A DNA stretch of 64,000 nucleotides from Eledone cirrhosa (lineage: Eukaryota), in the NCBI GenBank assembly GCA_964016885.1, contig OZ024742.1:50096001-50160000 (forward strand). Direction: 5' to 3'. The notes under the pieces were generated by a model. The model was given only the letters and a program-made list of their open reading frames with translations. It was not told where the DNA came from and did no database searches. The number at the start of each line of letters is the position of its first letter. Position 1 is the stretch's first letter. The position numbers were made by a program, and so were the translations under genes. Below, one piece after another: positions 55,413 to 64,000 of this stretch.

Positions 55413-55983
55413 GGCTCCAGTACTGGACAGTTGATGTATCGACGTTGAAGTAATGAAAGGTAAAGGTGAGCTTCGCGGGATTTGAATTCAGAATGCAATT
55501 AACAAATCTCGAGCCATTTCTAATCCGAAACCTTAAGGAGTTTGACTGTTATACGCCTTTTGTAAGAGTACTGTTAAGAAATAATTATATTCTCGTTTAT
55601 ACTATCATTGTCGTCTACAATCATTTCTACCACACACAATTTTTAGATTATTTCGACCGCAGGTATTTCACTCCACTAACTCATATAATTAATATAGCAG
55701 TCAGATGTTTATTAAATGTCTGTGAAATATATGATTTCATGTGGAGAGTCTCCAATTTATATTTATGTATTGATTATATACTTTATGTAAGTTCTAAACA
55801 CAAATTCTGTTGTTCTCTTGAAATAGATACCATGATGTCAGTAACATAGAAGAGAATGTGAAATCACACGCGCATACGGACCAGCATACTCACCCACATA
55901 TTTGCGTGTGTTTACATATGTGTGTGTGCAGTTATATATAAATACATGGATATATATTCTCTCTTTCTCTTTCTCTCACGGTC

Positions 55984-56062
<79 letters not shown>

Positions 56063-56064
<2 letters not shown>

Positions 56065-56690
56065 TGGAAAATGTGTGTAATCCTTGGTACAGTTAGGTAT
56101 ATTAAGACAAGGGGGAAGAAAAATGGCTCACTTGTGCTTTCAACAAATTTATTTTCTTCACAAAATCCAAAAAGAATTTTTTTCCGGATTAGAAAAAATG
56201 TTTTCCTTAAAAAAAAAATTATTTTATAAATTAAGTTGTTGGTTGTTGGTTAGGTCTTAGGAGTTCTTGGTTAACGTAGGAGGTATTGTTTAGTTTTTAG
56301 AACGACCTTTCACGCTGAGGTGCGCTTGTCAAACTGATGTGTATGTGGTGTGTTGTTCTATATATAGGGATTTAACATGTCTGTGGTGTGGTGGGGGTTT
56401 CTTTTCTCCCCCTTTAATAAGTGTATGGGTGTAGGTGTGTTGAAAAAGTGTTAATAGCAGTAATGAGTTGAGACGGTGAGTAGCGTTGGGTGGGGAGAAA
56501 TGTAGCAAGTGCGGCCTGCCCCGGTCATTCTCGAAACATTCCTTTATTCAGGGGAAAAAGCTTTTAGTATTCCTTTTGTGTTGAGAATGGTCACAGGCAA
56601 ATCGCACCTGTCAGGTTTGTAAATAATTTATTTTTTATTTTTTTGTGAAGAATTTTTCTACGTCCATCCCAAAATTGGTCCTTTGTTCAA
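56063..56690 (-). mobile_element. 3' pLTR/UTR of the Neptune-like PLE
   Basis: 56063-56241 is a near-identical direct repeat of 61322-61502; begins at (TA)n. Confidence 0.8.
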
Positions 56691-56880
56691 CACAGACATA
56701 TGTGCGGATATACGTACATGCACACACGGGCATATGTAGGAATATATAGGCACACACCATCAATCACACACCCATGTACAAATACACCCACATACATACA
56801 CAAAAACATATAGAGACACATATAAAAACACACATACACATACGTACCCACACGAATATGTACTCATACCTCCACATGGG

Positions 56881-56914
<34 letters not shown>

Positions 56915-56969
56915 CATACATATACATATACACACACATACACACGCACATATATATACACACATATAT

Positions 56970-58025
<1,056 letters not shown>

Positions 58026-58119
58026 CACACAGACACATACACACACCCACATACATATATACCCACACGTACATACATCCATACATACCTACATACATAT
58101 ATGAGTGTGTCTCACCGTT

Positions 58120-61100
58120 CACTCACATATTCATGTGTATACATAAGAAGGACAACTGTTTGCCCTCTTCGATGAGTTCACAGGTTCCACATCTAGGGTC
58201 CCCGCATTTCGTCACTTGCATTGATTCCATGTTGGTCGTAAATTTTGCCTTGGTAATTAGTTTTTTAAGGTTGGGTGCTTGGCGTCTGCTATACATTATC
58301 TGTGTGTTTTTTAAGAGTGCATTCATTTTGGTAGATTGCTGTAGAATCGGGAGATACTGCTTAGCAGTTTTCACAATGTTGATGTTCCCTGGGTTGTGAG
58401 TGATGACAAAAGAGATAGCAGGATTTTCTTTTTTTATGTTGTGGGTTTGGTTTTCTCAGTGTTGTTATTGGGATGTTCTTCCTTGGAGATGGCTGCGTTG
58501 ATGAGTTTCATCGGGTATTCTTGTTTTTTAAGGAATTTGTTCAGGTCACATAATCTTTTTTCTTGTAGTACGGGGTGTGTTGCTATAGTGCAGATGCGCC
58601 TTGCCATGTTGAAGGGAATGTTCCTTTTCGTATGTGAGGGGTGTGCTGACCGGAAATTTAAGTATTGGTGTGTGTCAGTGGGTTTGCAAAATAGGTCTGT
58701 TATGATATTTTCCCCTTCTTTAATGATGAGGATATCTAGAAAGGGCAGTTCCTTTTCGTTACATTCCATAGTGAATTGTATAGCTTCATGAAGCCTGTTT
58801 AGGATCGAATAAAATTTTTGTAGGTCTGTTTGGCTTCTGTTCCAGAAGATGAAGCAGTCATCTAGGTAACGTTTCCAGTTTTTATTAACGTAGAAGGCGA
58901 AGTCGTGACTGAATGTTATCTGTAGTTGGGAATATAATTTTGCCTCTACCCATAACGAGCGTTGCATATGTAGGGGCCATTTTGGTACCCATGGCTGTTC
59001 CTTTTATTTGTAGATAAAGTTCGTTGTCAAAGAGGATGTGGTTGTTTTCCAATACTAATTTAAGTCCTTCCAAGATGAATTATTTGGGGAATCTTTCTGA
59101 AATATGACTTGAGTGTTTTGTAATCCAGAAGTTCACAGCTTCAATCTCTAGGGCGTGTGGGATGTTAGTGTACAGGTTTTTTACATCAAAACTGACTAGG
59201 ATTGTATCCTGGTGTACTTTTTGGGGGATATAGTTAAGGAATTCCATATCATCTCTGATGTAGCTTGGGACTTTTTTACATAGGGGTTTGAGTATGATGT
59301 CTAATAGGTTGCTTAGACGTTGCGTGCTTGAGTCTGGGCCAGCAATAATGGGGCGTAATTTTAAGTCTGTCGGTTTTGGTACTTCGATGTATGATGTATT
59401 TTTCCCTTTTATGTTGTTTTGGATTTCTATGGATTTGTGAATTTTTGGTAATCCATAGAAATTGCTGGTTTTCATTTCGAAGTTGGTTAGGTAATCTACT
59501 TCTTTTGGTGTTAGGTTGTTTTGGTACTTTGTTGTTAGTTTGCCTTTTTTGGTGTTAGGTTGTTTTGGTACTTTGTTGTTAGTTTGCCTATTTGGTTCCT
59601 CGATTTTCTTTCTTCGTTTTTAGTGATTTTCCTGTAGAAGTTTTCGTCATTCAAGTGTGCTAGAACCATATCTTTGTAGTGGTTTGTATCCATGATGACG
59701 ATTGCTTCACCTTTGTCCGCTTCTTTTATTATTATTGAGGAATCCCTTTGTAGCTTGTTCAATGCTAGTAGTTGGTCTGTAGGGATGTTGCGTTTGTTTT
59801 TCGTCTCGGCCGTATTTGTACGTGCTGATCGGCGAAGGCAGGTTATGTATTCCTCCAGGTATTTATCTCTATTTAGCGGGGGTGTGAAGTTCTTTTTGTT
59901 TTTCACCAGTGATTCTTCCTCGTATTGTACACCCTGGAAGAATTCTCCTAAGCGTAATTTTCGACAGTATTCTTCTGTCTTTTATAACATCGGCTGTATC
60001 TGCTTTCGGAGTGGGAGTGAACTTCAGTCCATTTTCTAACAGTTGTATTGCTGGTTGTGTTAATTTCTTGGCTGATATGTTGATTATTTTTGGTTCGATT
60101 GGTTCTTTCTCGTCAGGTGCCACTTGAAAGGTGGTGCTTTTTTCTTTTTTTCTTTCATTTGGTGCGAGGCCCCTAGTCCTAAAAAATGGGTGCCATTTGG
60201 GATAGGGGTGTTTCTGTTGTGGTGAAACCTTTGGCCCGCCGGAACTTCTTGCCGGTAACTGGTTGGGCGATAGACTCTTGCGTGGTCCTTTCTGTATGGG
60301 GTCTGGTTATTCTGTTGATTTGTTCAGTATTCATGTGTCTTTGATTTTGTCTCCGGTGATTGTTCTTGGTGTTAGGGCAGTGGTTGTATCTGGTTCTGGT
60401 GTTGAGTATTCGGTCTGTATGTAGTTGTGTGTTTGGGGTTACCCACTATCTGGTTGTTGTTGGTTTATTGTGTGTGGGTGCTTCATTTCTTTTGTTGTTG
60501 TATTTTCCTGAGTTCTGGGGTTTCCTATGGGTTTGTTTTCTGGGTTTTATTTGGTCTTTCCCATAGTTATCTTCATATTATTGAAGCCATTGAGTTCTTG
60601 ACTCCAAGATTTTCTTTGATTTTAACTCCTCTCTAGTTGTATCTGTCTGCCATAGGTTAAGGAGTTTTTCACGTACATTGCCGCTGCTTCTTTTGTTTAT
60701 TTCCTCTTTGATGGTGGTGTCGCATTTTTCAAATTTCTCTTTGAATTTTGGCACTCTTAGGCGGAGTACTGTGATTTCGGTCTCAAGTGTTTGGGGTGCT
60801 AGATTTAGTCTTGTTGCAGTTTCTTCCTTTGATTCCGATGGTATTTATTTAATTCGGAATTTTCTCGGGAGGATAACTGGTTCCTTGCTACGCCATATTT
60901 CGCATGTGTCTGCTAGGTTTTCACTCCTCAAGGCTTTCCAGTATGCCTGTTTCCTTTGATTTAATAGTTGGGTCCAAATGTTTTTCATTTGGTTTCTTTT
61001 TCTGTAGGCTTCTTTTTCTAGGTTCAGTTCATTCCATTCTTTGAATGCATGATTGGTGATGGAGTTCTGTTCATGTGTAGCTATTTCAAGAGAAAAGGTT

Positions 61101-61502
61101 TGTTCTTGTTTTTGTCGGTCTGTAATTAGTGAATCAAGTTTTCCCTATAGCTGCGTGTTTGTTGTTCCATTTCTCGTACGGCATTCGTAAGGGAATCATA
61201 TTTATCTATTATTATGGTGAGTTTTTCTGATATTTCCTGTAGTAGTGTATCCGATTTGAGGGATTCAGTAGAGGATTTTGAACGTGTGTTAGCCATTCTG
61301 TCTTGTACAAGGGGATAGAATATTGGAAAATGTGTGTAATCCTTTGTACAGTTAGGTATATTAAGACAGGGGGGAAGAAAAAATGGCTTCACTTGTGCTT
61401 TCAACAAATTTGTTTTCTTCACAAAATCCAAAAAGAATTTTTTTCCGGATTAGAAAAAAGTTTTTTCTTAAAAAAAAAATTATTTTATAAATTAAGTTGT
61501 TG
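58120..61502 (-). mobile_element. Neptune-like Penelope element: 5' pLTR, N-terminus and RT, with GIY-YIG core missing
   Basis: ATG about 61296 (MANTRSK); GLKFTP; EADKG; FYGLPKIHK; RPII; FDVKNLYTNIPH; [16 protein letters not shown]; RYLDD; LPFLD; KPTD..YL..SAHP; CGDPRCGTC; 44-bp tandem duplication at 59503-59589. Confidence 0.9.
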
Positions 61503-61533
61503 TGTATATATATGTATGGATGTGTGTATGTTT

Positions 61534-61601
<68 letters not shown>

Positions 61602-61656
61602 ATGTGTGTATATATGTATGGATGTGTGTATATGTATGGATGTGTGTATGTTTGTA

Positions 61657-61705
<49 letters not shown>

Positions 61706-61758
61706 ATGTGTGTATATATATGTATATGTATATGTATGTATGTGTATGTTTGTATATA

Positions 61759-61815
<57 letters not shown>

Positions 61816-61970
61816 ATAGATATATATGTTTATATGTGTGTGTATGTATATGTATGTACCTATATATATATGTGTGTGTGTATGTATGTGCATATATGTA
61901 TATATGTGTGTACATATGTGTATGTTTCTGTATGTGTATATGTATGCATGTATGTAGATGTACGTGTATA

Positions 61971-62003
<33 letters not shown>

Positions 62004-62100
62004 CTGTATGTATATATGTGTCTTTATGTGCTCGTGTGTACGCATATATATATGTATATATGTATGTGTGTATGTATGTGTGTGTATGTGTATATATATG

Positions 62101-62131
<31 letters not shown>

Positions 62132-62320
62132 ATGTATGTGTATATATGTATGTGTGTATGTATGTACTTGTATGTATATGTGTATGTGTATGTGTATGTA
62201 TGTGTATATATATATATGTATGTGTATATATATAGAGATATATATGTATGTGTATATGTCTGTGTATATGTGTGTATGTGTCTGTATGTGTTTATGTGTA
62301 CATATGTGTATGTGTATATG

Positions 62321-62409
<89 letters not shown>

Positions 62410-62647
62410 GCCTCTCTCTATATGTGTATATATATATGTGTGTATATGTGTGTGTGTATGCATGTATGTGTAAACGGAGGTATATATACGGACATATGTA
62501 TATGTGTGCGTGTGTGTGTATGTGTGCGTGTATGTGTGCGTGTATATTCGTGCGTGTATGTGTATATATGTATATTTAGTTATGTAACTTTATGTGTGTA
62601 TATGTATGTATGTGTATGTATGTATATGTATGTATATATATATATAT

Positions 62648-64000
62648 TCAAACATACAGACCTAACTAGCAATGAAATGCACATTATATTATCGGCAAGG
62701 AAAACATTGATAGAATTTAATAACCAACTATGGACTAGGGCAGATAGAGATAGTAATTTCGACATTACTATGGGATCATCTGACTCAGCTCAGGTAACGG
62801 ACCTTGTGGGCCTATTTATAATTAATTCGCTGCATAGAAAAATACCTGGTGTAACCGGAGGATTATATCGTGATGACATGCTTTTAGTTATTGAAAATAA
62901 TAACTCTGAACTAAATAGAAAAAGAAAACAAATTATACAATTTTTTAATTACCTTAATCTAAAAATAGAAATAGAGAATAACCATAGAATAGTCAATTTC
63001 CTAGATGTAACACTAAATCTCAACACATGTATCCATTTCACAAACTAAATGAAAACTTGAATTATGTCAGTTTTAACTCTAATCACCCCAGATCTGTTAA
63101 ACATACTATAGTGAACTCTGTTCAAGAACGTATCTCAAGAATTTCATCTCATAAAAATATTTTCGACGAAAAAGCGCAGTATTACAATGAAGCGTTAGCT
63201 AGAGCAGGATATAGTGATAAAATTATGTACATCGATAATAATAGGCAAACTAACCAATATAACAACAATTTTAATTACGGTAACAACTTTAACAACTATA
63301 ATAGAAAACACTACAATAATTCCAAAAGCCAGAAAAGAAATAGAACTAGAAATATAATATGGTTTGCCCCTCCTTTCTCACTAAATATTAAAACCCACAT
63401 TGCTAAGCTATTTTTTAATGCTCTTGACAAACGCTTCCCTAGAACACATAAATATCACTCAATTTTTAATAGACATACTATAAAATTAACTTACTCGTCC
63501 ACCAACAATTTAGCACAAAATATTAACAGAATAATAATAGGAATCTAAAACCTAGCCAAAATACCGATAATAGCCTAAACTATATTCAATTAAACAACTG
63601 TAACTGTAGAAATAAATCTAAATGTCCGTTAAATAACAATTGCTTAGTTAAAAATATAATATACAATTGTAATGTTAAAACTGACTTAAATTCTTTTAAC
63701 TATGTTGGTTCCACCTCGACAGAATTTAAACTTCGCTATAATAATCATAAGAATTCTTTCACAGATCCAGGCAAAAAATCTTCAACTTCACTATCAGGCT
63801 TACTCTGGCAACTTAAACATGATAACGTTGGATATTCGTTGTTTTGGAATATAGTCTCAAGAGGGATTCCTTTTAATTCCTCATCTGAGACATGTGAGGA
63901 GATATTCTTTATATTAAAATCTAAAAATTCCCTTAATCTAAGGAGCAATTTATTCAGTTGCTGCAGACATAGATTGAACTCAACGTTTAAATATAAATAT
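62648..64000 (+). mobile_element. Second Naiad-like PLE (RT C-half, linker, GIY-YIG), 5'-truncated, running to the window edge
   Basis: FDITMGSSDSAQVTDLVGLFI..GLYRDD..VNFLDVTLNL; SNHP; RNIIWFAPPFS; CNC..CPL..C..IIYNC..YVGST..FKLRYNNH..CRHR. Confidence 0.88.

Overview
This is eukaryotic, AT-rich, microsatellite-saturated DNA with no recognisable host gene. The dispersed SINE and the repeat landscape best fit an octopus (coleoid cephalopod) genome; that assignment is from recalled similarity, not a search. Nearly all long ORFs in the supplied track are (TA)n/(CA)n artefacts, and the real coding signal is decayed transposable elements. These include several Penelope-like elements (PLEs of Naiad-like, Neptune-like and one other type), two R4/Dong-type RLE LINEs, a 5'-truncated Tx1/L1-type LINE, RTE LINE pieces, a mariner, a non-autonomous Helitron and several SINE copies. 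Five observations stand out. (1) Many TA-targeted fold-back PLE remnants carry hammerhead-ribozyme motifs, including a family with a non-canonical YUGANAW core (U3-A8 variant) and a fully paired stem III. (2) A 234-bp direct duplication brackets the Tx1-type LINE. (3) In two places flanking microsatellite DNA is duplicated in inverted orientation around PLE sequence. (4) One RTE element has its 5' part inverted at a coding-contiguous junction. (5) There is a 362-bp spacerless palindrome. Boundaries of decayed elements are approximate, and ribozyme calls are hand-folded predictions.
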